DNA of 64,000 nucleotides, from NCBI GenBank assembly GCA_025355855.1, contig JANXYU010000019.1, positions 525 to 64,524 of the forward strand. Direction: 5' to 3'. Below the pieces are notes generated by a model. It had not been told where the DNA came from. It saw only the letters and a program-made list of their open reading frames with translations, and made no database searches. The DNA is from Actinomycetota bacterium (GTDB lineage: Bacteria; Actinomycetota; JAHEXW01). This document shows, in pieces, positions 21,055-30,621 of the stretch; position 1 is the first letter of the stretch; every line of letters begins with the position of its first letter. Made by a program: the position numbers and the translations under genes.

Positions 21055-22023
21055 ATGAACATTACAGCGAAAAACAAGGTAAAAATAATTCTTACAGTGA
21101 TTATAGTTATCCTGTTCGCGAGCTTCTTTTATGGTGGCTATCGCATCGGCCTAAACCAAGCGGTGACGACTTTCCCGGAGCCTGAAGAGGTATGGGCAAA
21201 AGAGCCAGGGGTGCGTATAGACGGGGCGACGGCTCCATCCGTAGTGCGTTTAGCGGACGGCACGTGGCGCATCTATTACACAGTAAAGGAAGGCATTGTC
21301 AGCGCCTTAAGCCAGGACGGCGTCCAATGGGTAAAAGACGAAGGTGTTCGCCTCGAAAACAAAAGCAAAGGTTCCGACCAGGCTCTTGTTAGCGGTCCCA
21401 CCCTTTTCACACTCAAAGACGGCGGTTTCAGAATGCTCTACGAGGGCAGTGACGCCAAGCAGAATACATTTGCTATTTTCAGCGCCCTCAGTACCGACGG
21501 TTTGGTTTGGACGCGAGAAAAAGGGGTCCGGCTGACCGACAAGAACCAGTTTGGCCAGGCCATAGCCGCCTCTCCCAACGTGGTGCGGACGGCCCAGGGA
21601 GAGCTGTTTTGCTACTATGGCGACGGAAACACGGTTAAGGCCGCCATATCTAAAGACCAAGGCGTCACGTGGTCAAAGCGGACTCTGACCGGTTTTCCGC
21701 AAGCTAGCGTCGACCCTTCGGTAATCATCATGACCGATGGCGTCTGGCGGATGTATTTCGCGGTCAGCGAGTCAACGGATCATCTTCTCAACAGCCGCAT
21801 AATGAGTGCTCGCAGTACGAACGGGCTAGACTGGAGCGTGGAAAAAGGGGCGCGCGTCGTCGCCGACAAAAAAGCGACGCAGGTATTGGATCCCGACATC
21901 ATCATGGTTAGTATGGGCAAGATGCGCCTCTATTACGTGCAGTTGGATAAGGGCGTTATCGATGGAAAAGGCGCGAACTCGCCAGTTCTCTCCATTAGAA
22001 GCGCGATCCTGGAGCTGAAGTAG
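21055..22023 (+). CDS. Membrane-anchored beta-propeller (glycoside hydrolase/sialidase-like) protein
   Basis: SD GGAGG; TM helix; repeated P.vv…G.wr.yY…SalS.DG..W..E.GvR blades. Confidence 0.7.
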   Translation: MNITAKNKVKIILTVIIVILFASFFYGGYRIGLNQAVTTFPEPEEVWAKEPGVRIDGATAPSVVRLADGTWRIYYTVKEGIVSALSQDGVQWVKDEGVRLENKSKGSDQALVSGPTLFTLKDGGFRMLYEGSDAKQNTFAIFSALSTDGLVWTREKGVRLTDKNQFGQAIAASPNVVRTAQGELFCYYGDGNTVKAAISKDQGVTWSKRTLTGFPQASVDPSVIIMTDGVWRMYFAVSESTDHLLNSRIMSARSTNGLDWSVEKGARVVADKKATQVLDPDIIMVSMGKMRLYYVQLDKGVIDGKGANSPVLSIRSAILELK

Positions 22024-23112
22024 ATGGCCTCGTATAGGACGGGCAAGGTTACCAGAATAGTTGAAACTCAACCTGACCTCGTTCGGCTGCAGGTCGAGGT
22101 CAAAGGAGCCGAGCGTCGCGCCATCGCCTATACCGGCCTGGTCGGCGAGGTTGCAGTCGGCGACTCGGTCATCATCAACACTACCGCTGGCGAGCTCGGC
22201 CTAGGGAGCGGAGGTTGGGATATCATCGTTTGGAATCTGGAGACGGCGGAGCTAGATATTGATAACCCGGGCCATATCATGAAGCTGAGATACACACCGC
22301 AGCAGTTTAACGTCCTGGCGGTTGAAGAAGCAGCCAGTCCTATGGCTGCCGCTATCGCTGGACCGGTAGACCTAGGCGGAATGCCTGTTATCGCGGGTAC
22401 GATCCTCAGCCAATTGGCGCCGGCAGCCGCCGTCCTTAACCGGCAGACCGCGGGTCACGCCAAAGTCGCCTACATAATGACCGATCGCGCTTGCTTGCCC
22501 CTCGCCCTTAGTGACCAAGTCAGGGACTTAAAGAGCAAAGGGTTGATTGACGCCACGATTACTATCGGGCAGGCGTTTGGCGGCGATCTGGAGGCCGTCA
22601 ACCTGTTCAGCGGGCTGGCGGCGGCCAAAAAAGTTGTCGGGGCGGACGTCGCCATCGTGACCATGGGCGTCGGCGTCGTCGGAACCGGGTCCTATCTGGG
22701 ATTTTCCGGCATCGAACAGGGGGAGATCATCAACGCCGTCGCGGCCATGGGCGGACGGCCGATAGCGATTCCTAGGATCATGTTCGGCGACGCGCGGCCG
22801 CGTCATCGAGGCCTAAGCGCCCAAACGGTAGCCGCGCTAGGTTTGGCGGCTCTAGAAACGTGTGATATCGCCGTTCCCCGAATGGATCCAGACAAGATGA
22901 CGAAGGTAACGCAGGCCCTGGAAACATCAGGACTGGCGGCTAAACATCGGGTGAGGATCGTCGCGGCTGACGAAACCGCAGAGGCCCTTGAGGCCTTCGA
23001 TCTGTCTCCCACCACGATGGGCCGCGACTTCGCGTCCGAACCGGAATTCTTCCGGGCGGCGGGGTCGGCAGGGTATTTGGCGGCCGAGATAGTTAAGGCG
23101 CGACACGCATGA
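22024..23112 (+). CDS. DUF3866 family protein
   Basis: NTTA..LGLGSGG, GHIMKLRYTP.Q, GQAFGGDLEAVN, RHRG.S; usual position before NUDIX-xerD. Confidence 0.85.
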   Translation: MASYRTGKVTRIVETQPDLVRLQVEVKGAERRAIAYTGLVGEVAVGDSVIINTTAGELGLGSGGWDIIVWNLETAELDIDNPGHIMKLRYTPQQFNVLAVEEAASPMAAAIAGPVDLGGMPVIAGTILSQLAPAAAVLNRQTAGHAKVAYIMTDRACLPLALSDQVRDLKSKGLIDATITIGQAFGGDLEAVNLFSGLAAAKKVVGADVAIVTMGVGVVGTGSYLGFSGIEQGEIINAVAAMGGRPIAIPRIMFGDARPRHRGLSAQTVAALGLAALETCDIAVPRMDPDKMTKVTQALETSGLAAKHRVRIVAADETAEALEAFDLSPTTMGRDFASEPEFFRAAGSAGYLAAEIVKARHA

Positions 23113-23660
23113 AACGATATGAAATCATTGGCAGCCGCGTCGTATACAAAGGGTCAATACTCACACTGCGCGTCGACGACGTCCGGATGCCCTCCGGCCG
23201 GGTCGCGGAAAGAGAGATTGTGACTCATAGCGGGGCGGTCGGAATAGTCCCCCTGACGGACAAGGGTGAGATAATCATGGTAAACCAGTACCGCCACGCC
23301 GTCTCGGCCAGTCTCAAAGAGATTCCGGCTGGCAAGCTTGATCCTGGTGAAACGCCGGAGGCATGCGCCCGGCGAGAGCTTATCGAGGAGACCGGCTTCG
23401 CACCGGGGCGCCTGGTTCATTTGACCACCTTTTATACCACGCCCGGCTACAGTAACGAGATATTTCACCTGTTCGTCGCGGACGAGCTGAAGCCGGAATC
23501 TTCCGACCTAACCGAAGAGGAAATCGAGAGCATCGAATATTTAAGTCTCGCCGAAGCGGTAAGTCAGATAGACAGCGGCGTAATCGAGGACGGCAAAACC
23601 GTTGCCGCCATCGGCTTAGTCAAGATTTGGCTGGATTCAGGCGGGCATGGCCCGGCGTAA
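23109..23660 (+). CDS. nudF: NUDIX hydrolase (ADP-ribose pyrophosphatase-like)
   Basis: PAGKLDPGETPEACARRELIEETG Nudix box; QYRH; DGKT. Confidence 0.9.
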   Translation: MKRYEIIGSRVVYKGSILTLRVDDVRMPSGRVAEREIVTHSGAVGIVPLTDKGEIIMVNQYRHAVSASLKEIPAGKLDPGETPEACARRELIEETGFAPGRLVHLTTFYTTPGYSNEIFHLFVADELKPESSDLTEEEIESIEYLSLAEAVSQIDSGVIEDGKTVAAIGLVKIWLDSGGHGPA

Positions 23661-24620
23661 ATGAGCGGTCAGCCGCCTCCTTCGCCGATTCCCGCGGCGC
23701 TTAGCGACAGGGTCAGGGAATATCTGAGCTATTTAGGGGTGGAGCGCGGTCTGTCTCGCAACACAATCGCCGCCTACACGCGCGATCTAACCCGATTCAC
23801 TGCTTGGCTGGTCGGTCAGGGTATTGTCGACTTTAAGGACGTGACGTCAGCCGATTGTCTTAGCTTCTCAGCCGCCTTGGCCGACGGCATCTTCACGGCG
23901 AACCACAGTCAATTAGCGGTTACGTCCGTGGGGCGGGCGCAGGCCGCGTTGCGCGGTTTTTTTAAGTTCTTAGTGCGCGAGGGCTATCAGACTAACGATC
24001 CCATGAGCCGGGTATTGAACGTTAAGCCGGGACGCCGGCTGCCCAAGGCGATATCGATCGAAGACATTGCCGCGATTCTTGACGGCAATTTTAACCCTGA
24101 CCCCGCCGGACGCCGCGACAAGGCCATTCTTGAGCTTATGTACGCGGCGGGGCTGCGCATCTCCGAAACGGCCGGCGTAACAATGGGAGACATTGACTTG
24201 GAGGATGGATTCGTGCGCGTTACCGGTAAGGGCTCCAAGGAACGTATGATACCAGTCGGCGGGGGCGCCGTGCGCGCCATCGGTTCGTATCTTGTCGACG
24301 GCCGCGGCCGCCTAGTTATGCAAATACGCGATGACCATTTGTTTCTGAGTACGCGCGGCCGAGGATTGTCGCGCCAGTCGATCTGGAACATCGTCAAGAA
24401 GTACGCCGCCCGCGCTCATGTTAAAGGTGTAACGCCGCATACTCTGCGCCACAGTTTTGCTACGCACATGCTTAAAGGGGGCGCTGACCTGCGGGCCGTT
24501 CAGGAGATGCTGGGTCACGTGTCTATCTCGACTACGCAAGTCTACACGCACGTCGCAAAAGATCATCTAAAAGAGGAATACCTAAGCACCCACCCGAGAG
24601 CGCATGACCCGAAAGCATAA
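23661..24620 (+). CDS. xerD: Chromosomal tyrosine recombinase XerD
   Basis: ERGLSRNT..AY.RDL, GLRISE, GKGSKER, PHTLRHSFATH, QEMLGH, TQVY; nudF-xerD-deoB context. Confidence 0.93.
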   Translation: MSGQPPPSPIPAALSDRVREYLSYLGVERGLSRNTIAAYTRDLTRFTAWLVGQGIVDFKDVTSADCLSFSAALADGIFTANHSQLAVTSVGRAQAALRGFFKFLVREGYQTNDPMSRVLNVKPGRRLPKAISIEDIAAILDGNFNPDPAGRRDKAILELMYAAGLRISETAGVTMGDIDLEDGFVRVTGKGSKERMIPVGGGAVRAIGSYLVDGRGRLVMQIRDDHLFLSTRGRGLSRQSIWNIVKKYAARAHVKGVTPHTLRHSFATHMLKGGADLRAVQEMLGHVSISTTQVYTHVAKDHLKEEYLSTHPRAHDPKA

Positions 24621-24669
24621 GTCGCGGCGCTCGAGTCGCGAACCTGGACAGGCGCAAAACGGAGCACAA

Positions 24670-25848
24670 ATGATCAAACGAGTATTTATACTGGTCTTTG
24701 ACAGTCTTGGCGTTGGCGCGCTGCCGGACGCGGCAGACTATGGCGATGCTGGCGCAAACACTCTCGGCCATGTCACCGCGGCCGCCGGCGGGCTGACTCT
24801 GCCGACACTGCAATCACTTGGACTCGGCAATATTATAGAGTTAGAAGGCGTGCCTCCTGCCGATAAGCCAGTCGCAGCCTTCGGCCGGCTGACGGAAATA
24901 AGCCACGGCAAGGACACTACGGTGGGTTTGTGGGAGATGATGGGTGTCGCGACAAAAACGCCATATCCCGTATTTCCGCAAGGCTTCCCGCCAGACGTCG
25001 TAGACCGATTCGTTACGGCGACCGGCTGCGGAGGGATTCTGGGCAACAAGGCGGCCAGCGGTACTGAGATCATTGATGAATTAGGTGCTGAGCATATCAA
25101 GACCGGCCAGCCGATCATTTATACCTCAGGAGATAGCGTCTGGCAGGTCGCAGCGCATGAATCAGTAGTGCCGATTGAGCGGCTATATGAAATGTGCTTG
25201 ACCGCGCGTGGCATTCTGACCGGCTCGTTGGGCGTCGATCGCGTTATCGCGCGCCCCTTTACCGGAGAACCCGGCTCCTTTGTCCGCACTGCGGGTCGGA
25301 AAGACTTCGGGTTGGCGCCGGCGGCAAAGATGACACTCGATTACGCGGCGGCGGCCGATGTAGACGTCGTGGGCATAGGCAAAGTAAGTGATGTCTTCAG
25401 CGGGCGCGGCATTAAAACATCGATAAAGACAAAAGACAATGCGGCTGGACTGGCGGAGACGACGCGGCTGGCGCGAGAGGCCGGGAACGGCATAGTATTC
25501 ACGATTCTGGGTGATTTCGACACCCTCTGGGGACATCGGAACGATATAGCGGGGTACTCTAAAGGTTTAGTTGAGGCTGACAAAAAGCTGGCTGACCTGT
25601 TGGCGTCTCTTAGCGCGAGTGACGCGCTTATAATTGTTGCTGACCACGGGTGTGACCCAACCCTTCCGGGCACCGATCACACTCGTGAATACGTGCCGCT
25701 CTTGGTTTACGGTGAACTTATAAAGAAAGGCGTATCGCTTGGCACGCGAAGCTCGATGTCTGATGTAGGAAAGACAATTGCTGACCTATTGGGCTTTCCC
25801 GCACCCGTTTCGGGTATATCCTTTGCCGCCGATATTCTAAAGTCGTAA
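24670..25848 (+). CDS. deoB: Phosphopentomutase
   Basis: DSLGVG.LPDA..YGD, GKDT, YTSGDSV, DFDTLWGHRND, ADHGCDP, HTREYVP. Confidence 0.95.
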   Translation: MIKRVFILVFDSLGVGALPDAADYGDAGANTLGHVTAAAGGLTLPTLQSLGLGNIIELEGVPPADKPVAAFGRLTEISHGKDTTVGLWEMMGVATKTPYPVFPQGFPPDVVDRFVTATGCGGILGNKAASGTEIIDELGAEHIKTGQPIIYTSGDSVWQVAAHESVVPIERLYEMCLTARGILTGSLGVDRVIARPFTGEPGSFVRTAGRKDFGLAPAAKMTLDYAAAADVDVVGIGKVSDVFSGRGIKTSIKTKDNAAGLAETTRLAREAGNGIVFTILGDFDTLWGHRNDIAGYSKGLVEADKKLADLLASLSASDALIIVADHGCDPTLPGTDHTREYVPLLVYGELIKKGVSLGTRSSMSDVGKTIADLLGFPAPVSGISFAADILKS

Positions 25849-25860
25849 GGAGGTGTAAAT

Positions 25861-27084
25861 ATGCCGTCAGTGATAACGCAACTCGTTATGGGTTATACGC
25901 GCGGGGACGTTGCGGACGAGGCGATGACGGCGTGGCTGCGCGAGGTTTGCCTCAAAGGATTGTCGTACGAGGATACGCGGGAGCTGACGCAAGCAATGGT
26001 AGACTCCGGCGAGACTGTCGATCTAAGCGGCATCTCGGGTTTTAAGGCGGACAAACACTCTACAGGTGGAGTCGGAGACAAAACCACATTGGTCGTCGCT
26101 CCTTTGGCAGCGGCTTGCGGGGTTAAGATTGCCAAGATGAGCGGGCGGGCTCTCGGCCATACCGGGGGGACCCTCGATAAACTGGAGGCGATTCCTGGTT
26201 TCCGCGTCGACCTTAGCCGTCAGAAGTTCATTGACCAGGTAAAAGAGATTGGTGTCGCCATCGTCAGCCAAAGCGACCAGCTCGTGCCGGCGGACAAGTT
26301 GATATATGCCCTGAGGGACAAGACGGACACCGTGGCCAGCCTGCCATTGATCGCTTCCAGCGTAATGAGTAAAAAAATCGCGGCCGGCGCCGAATACGTC
26401 GTTCTAGACATCAAAGCCGGAAACGGCGCATTTATGCCAGATACAACGACCGCGCGGCGTTTGGCCGATGTTTGCGTTCGCCTTGGACGTGACGCCGGTC
26501 TGGCGGTTACAGCGCTAATCACCGATATGGACCAACCGCTCGGCTTGGCTATCGGCAACAGGCTAGAGGTGCGAGAAGCAATAAACGTGCTCGCCGGACA
26601 GGGTCCTACCGACGTTATCGAATTATCTTCCGCGATTGTCGCTTTAATGGTGGCGCGGGCCGGGCTGGCCCCGTCCGTTACCAAAGCCAGGGCGCTCGTC
26701 GACGATACCTTGGCGGCGGGCGCCGGCCTGAGAAAGTTTGGCGAACTAATCGCTGCTCAGGGTGGTGATGCCCGCGTACTCGACAATCCCGACAGCCTGA
26801 TGGAGGCTTCGGGGCGGGCGTCCGCACTGGCCACAGCCGGAGGTTACGTGATCGGGTTTTCGACCGCTGAAATCGGCCGCCTGGTCAAAAAGGGCGAAGG
26901 CTTAACGTTGCTTGCCAAGATCGGGACCGTGGTCGCGCCTGGCGACGCTCTCGCCAAAATCTACGCGCCAAACGAAGCCGCTGCGGAAATCATTGCGCGG
27001 CGGTTAGCGCCACTCATAGCAATCGGTCCGCGTTGTCCGCGCCGCCGCCCCTTGGTGCTCGATAGAGCCGGTACTGCTCCGTGA
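25861..27084 (+). CDS. pdp: Pyrimidine-nucleoside/thymidine phosphorylase
   Basis: DKHSTGGVGDK, KMSGRALGHTGGTLDKLE, SVMSKKIA. Confidence 0.93.
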   Translation: MPSVITQLVMGYTRGDVADEAMTAWLREVCLKGLSYEDTRELTQAMVDSGETVDLSGISGFKADKHSTGGVGDKTTLVVAPLAAACGVKIAKMSGRALGHTGGTLDKLEAIPGFRVDLSRQKFIDQVKEIGVAIVSQSDQLVPADKLIYALRDKTDTVASLPLIASSVMSKKIAAGAEYVVLDIKAGNGAFMPDTTTARRLADVCVRLGRDAGLAVTALITDMDQPLGLAIGNRLEVREAINVLAGQGPTDVIELSSAIVALMVARAGLAPSVTKARALVDDTLAAGAGLRKFGELIAAQGGDARVLDNPDSLMEASGRASALATAGGYVIGFSTAEIGRLVKKGEGLTLLAKIGTVVAPGDALAKIYAPNEAAAEIIARRLAPLIAIGPRCPRRRPLVLDRAGTAP

Positions 27085-27096
27085 TAAACTAGTGAG

Positions 27097-28377
27097 ATGA
27101 ATATCGCGCCTCGTATAAACGAACTGCTGCCAGCAGAGATCAGGGACTTATTGTTCTTGATCGGCGCGTTGGCGGACCGCGAAGACCGGGAGGTATTTCT
27201 AGTCGGCGGGATGGTTCGGGATATTATCATGGGCCGCGGGACAGTTGATGTCGACGTCGTAGTCAACGGTGACGGTCCCTCGTTCGCCGCGGCGTTGGCA
27301 ACCCTGACGGGCGGTTCGATTGTTTTGCATGACCGTTTCGGCACATCCGTGTTGATTTTGCCTGATAAGCGCCGCGTGGACGTGGCAACGGCGCGCACTG
27401 AAACCTACAGCGCCGCGGCTGCCTTGCCGGACGTGTCGTTCACCGTTATCGATTATGATCTGGAACGCCGAGACTTCAGCGTAAACGCTATCGCGGTCGC
27501 CTTAGCCAGTGGAGAGTTTGGCGAGATTTTGGACCCATTCTACGGTCAGGCGGACATTGCCGCCGGCGTCATCCGCGTTCTGCACGATGGCAGTTTTGTC
27601 GACGATCCGACCCGTATTTGGCGCGCCGCGCGGTTTGAACAACGCTTTCATTTCCACATTGATCAGACAACCGAGAAACTTTTGCGAGCCGCCGTAAGGG
27701 GAGATATCCTCAACCAGGTTTCTGGGACGCGGATTCGAAACGAGGTCAAAGCGCTGTTTGAAGAACGCGAGCCGAGCGCGACAGTAGGCCGCCTGCAGGA
27801 CTTTGGCGTTTGGGAAGCTCTGGTACCGGGCCTCCACGTCGGCGCGGAGGCGGTCCGAATCGTGGGCGCGATCGCTTCGACGGGAGAGACGTTGTCGGTC
27901 TGGCTGAAACCGGACTGGCGTGTGTTTAACGCGTATCTAATGGGCCTGGCAGTGGACGGTTCGGCTGAGGCGGCGCGAGGTTTGACGCAACGTCTGGGGT
28001 TGTCTCAGCACAGCCGGCGCGCCGTCATTGGGGCTGTATCCGGTAGGCGGCAGGTGCTGTCTGATCTTGATAAAAAGTCTAAGGCAAGCACCGTGCATCG
28101 AGCCCTTGCCAGCTATAGCGACGCGGCGCTTGTGTTTTTTTACGCGGCCGGAAAGGAAGGTGTTCGCGGCAACATCGAGCGGTTCTTAGTCAACCGCCAG
28201 ATCAAGTCGTTGATTAGCGGCCGCGACCTGACGCGTCTTGGCTACCGGCCCAGCGCGATATTTACGTCCGTATTGGAAGACGTTAGAGCTGCTCAGCTGG
28301 ACGGCGTTGTCACGACCGTGACTGAGGCCAGGTCCCTGGCCCAACACCTTATGGATTCACGCAAATCAAATGGTTAG
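27097..28377 (+). CDS. cca: tRNA nucleotidyltransferase (class II CCA/A-adding family)
   Basis: VGG.VRD…DVDV, RRDFSVNA, DDPTRI.RA.RF. Confidence 0.88.
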   Translation: MNIAPRINELLPAEIRDLLFLIGALADREDREVFLVGGMVRDIIMGRGTVDVDVVVNGDGPSFAAALATLTGGSIVLHDRFGTSVLILPDKRRVDVATARTETYSAAAALPDVSFTVIDYDLERRDFSVNAIAVALASGEFGEILDPFYGQADIAAGVIRVLHDGSFVDDPTRIWRAARFEQRFHFHIDQTTEKLLRAAVRGDILNQVSGTRIRNEVKALFEEREPSATVGRLQDFGVWEALVPGLHVGAEAVRIVGAIASTGETLSVWLKPDWRVFNAYLMGLAVDGSAEAARGLTQRLGLSQHSRRAVIGAVSGRRQVLSDLDKKSKASTVHRALASYSDAALVFFYAAGKEGVRGNIERFLVNRQIKSLISGRDLTRLGYRPSAIFTSVLEDVRAAQLDGVVTTVTEARSLAQHLMDSRKSNG

Positions 28378-28390
28378 AGTCAGGAGATAA

Positions 28391-29053
28391 ATGAACGTTG
28401 CCAACATCACGGACATTGTAATCAAGATCTTAGTCTTGCTCACAGCTGTAGTTGTGCATGAATACTCACACGGCCGCATGGCGGAGGCGATGGGCGACTC
28501 TACCGCGCGGCGGGCCGGACGGTTGACGTTGAATCCGTTGCCGCATTTAGATCCCTTCTATTCCGTGATCTTGCCATTGTTCTTGATCATCAGCGGTTCG
28601 CCGGTTCTTTTTGCGGCCGCCAAACCGGTGCCGATCAATCCGCTGATGTTTCGGCACCGCCGCAGCGGCCTGTTTTGGGTCGGCCTGGCTGGTCCCGCCT
28701 CAAACCTAGTGATGGCTTTCGTCGCCGGGGCGATGCTGGGCGCAACCTGGTCATGGGCGCCGGCGATCGCGGTAAAGTTCCTGGGGAGCTTCGTGACCAT
28801 TAATTGCTTATTGGCGGTGTTCAACTTGATACCCCTGCCGCCGCTGGACGGCAGCCGTCTGGCCGAAGCGGTCATGCCGCGTGAGTGGGTCCGCGGCTAT
28901 ACGGCCATTGAGCCTTTCGGCATCTTCATTATTTTTGGCCTGTTCTTCCTCGTCCCTCGATTTTTTGAAGCTGTCATCCTGCCGGTGGTGAACTTCCTGG
29001 CGACTATGTTTACTGTCTGGCCCCAGGCGCTCGCCAAGTTGTTGGGGTTCTAA
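28391..29053 (+). CDS. Site-2 protease (M50) family
   Basis: HEYSH, NLIPLPPLDG. Confidence 0.93.
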   Translation: MNVANITDIVIKILVLLTAVVVHEYSHGRMAEAMGDSTARRAGRLTLNPLPHLDPFYSVILPLFLIISGSPVLFAAAKPVPINPLMFRHRRSGLFWVGLAGPASNLVMAFVAGAMLGATWSWAPAIAVKFLGSFVTINCLLAVFNLIPLPPLDGSRLAEAVMPREWVRGYTAIEPFGIFIIFGLFFLVPRFFEAVILPVVNFLATMFTVWPQALAKLLGF

Positions 29054-29057
29054 AGAG

Positions 29058-29561
29058 ATGCTAAAGCGCGTGCGCCAGTTCATCAGGGGGATGTTTGCGA
29101 GGCTGGTTGAAAACGACTATACTTTCATAGCGGATTACCTGACCAAACCCGAATTCGCGTTGTTTAAAACGATGTCCCGTTACGATCAGAAACATGCCTT
29201 GAACGTGGCGCGGTATTTGGCTGAGGACGGCGCCGGAACGCCTCTGGTTCGCGCGGGTCTGCTGCACGATATCGGTAAGGCTGAATGTCCGGAACTGACT
29301 CTAATCAGGCGCAGCGTGGCCGTGTTTTTAGAATGGCAGGCGCCCGCGGAAGCGGTTGTGCTGGCCGAAAAGGGCCGCGGAAGACTGGCCCGAGCGATGT
29401 CGGTCCACCGTGATCATCCGGCGCTGGGCGCGGCCAAACTTGACAGCCTGAATGTCGACGGTTATATCGTAGCGCTGGTCCGGTGGCACCAAAACGGGGA
29501 GGCGGCTCCGGAAGCCGAGGCCGACCTGGAGCTCTTGCGAGCCGCTGACGAACTTTTCTAG
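29058..29561 (+). CDS. HD domain protein
   Basis: DQKH, LLHDIGK, HP..GA, WHQ, AAD. Confidence 0.85.
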   Translation: MLKRVRQFIRGMFARLVENDYTFIADYLTKPEFALFKTMSRYDQKHALNVARYLAEDGAGTPLVRAGLLHDIGKAECPELTLIRRSVAVFLEWQAPAEAVVLAEKGRGRLARAMSVHRDHPALGAAKLDSLNVDGYIVALVRWHQNGEAAPEAEADLELLRAADELF

Positions 29562-29569
29562 GGGGATAC

Positions 29570-30556
29570 TTGAAGGACAAAAAGAGGCTGCTGACCGGAT
29601 ATCGACCGACGGGACGGATGCACCTAGGCCATTTCGAGGGCAATCTGAAGAACATGTTGGCGGCCCAGGATCAACACGAGTGCTTCTTCTTTATCGCCGA
29701 CTGGCATGCTTTGACGACGAAATACAAAGACGTTTCCTCGCTGAAGAGCGATACGGCCGACATGGTTATCGACTGGCTGGCCATGGGTCTCGATTCAGAT
29801 AAATGCAGTATCTATCGCCAATCAGACCTACCTGAGATAGCCGAATTCAACCTGTATTTATCCATGATCACTCCCCTGGGTTGGCTGGAGCGCAATACTA
29901 CATATAAAGATCAGCTGCGCGAATTGGGAGCGCGCTTGGTCGCGACCTACGGATTCCTAGGCTACCCGGTTCTGCAGGCGGCCGATATCCTGATTATGCA
30001 CGCCGACCTCGTGCCGGTAGGCGAAGACCAGTTGCCTCATCTCGAGCTGGCCCGCGAGATCGCCCGCCGGTTTAACCATTACTACGGCGCCTACCTCAAA
30101 GAACCCCAGGCGGTTCTATCGGCTTCTCCTAAGGTTCCCGGTCTGGACGGACGCAAGATGAGCAAGAGCTATGACAACGCGATATTCTTAAGTGACGAAC
30201 CGGAAGTCATAACCAAGAAGGTCCGGATGATGGTAACCGACCCTGCGCGCCTGCGCGCGGACGACCCGGGACATCCCGAGGTCTGCAGCGTTTTCGCCGC
30301 CCAGAAGATATTCGATGCGGACGCGGCGGTTGCCATAGAACCGGCTTGCCGGGCGGGCGAGATCGGTTGCAGCGCGTGTAAAGCACGCCTGGCGGAGAAG
30401 TTGAGCGCGACGTTGGCTCCCTTCCGGGCCAAAAGGGCCGAGATTCTGCGCGACCCCAGCGTCGTCAACGACGTTCTAAGCGCCGGACTGGCCAAAGCGA
30501 AACCCGTCGCCGAGGCGACTCTGTTGGAAGTAAGGAAGCGATTGAACATCGGGTAG
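29570..30556 (+). CDS. trpS: Tryptophan--tRNA ligase
   Basis: TGYRPTG.MHLGH, YPVLQAADIL, VPVGEDQ, KMSKS. Confidence 0.97.
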   Translation: MKDKKRLLTGYRPTGRMHLGHFEGNLKNMLAAQDQHECFFFIADWHALTTKYKDVSSLKSDTADMVIDWLAMGLDSDKCSIYRQSDLPEIAEFNLYLSMITPLGWLERNTTYKDQLRELGARLVATYGFLGYPVLQAADILIMHADLVPVGEDQLPHLELAREIARRFNHYYGAYLKEPQAVLSASPKVPGLDGRKMSKSYDNAIFLSDEPEVITKKVRMMVTDPARLRADDPGHPEVCSVFAAQKIFDADAAVAIEPACRAGEIGCSACKARLAEKLSATLAPFRAKRAEILRDPSVVNDVLSAGLAKAKPVAEATLLEVRKRLNIG

Positions 30557-30608
30557 GCGTCAACCTTCAGGTCGACGCCCGAGTGCCGGTCTAAAGACCG
30601 GCACCTAC
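30553..30608. repeat. REPIN-like pair of inverted GTAG-type REP palindromes
   Basis: + GTAG-GCGTCAACCT-TC-AGGTCGACGC; - GTAG-GTGCCGGTCT-TT-AGACCGGCAC; 4-nt spacer. Confidence 0.75.
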
Positions 30609-30621
30609 ATTTTGGTGACTT

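Noticed and set aside
23661-24620. xerD (and xerC at 60221-61108) as mobile-element integrases
   Set aside because: Typical Xer length and motifs in housekeeping context; no att sites or cargo
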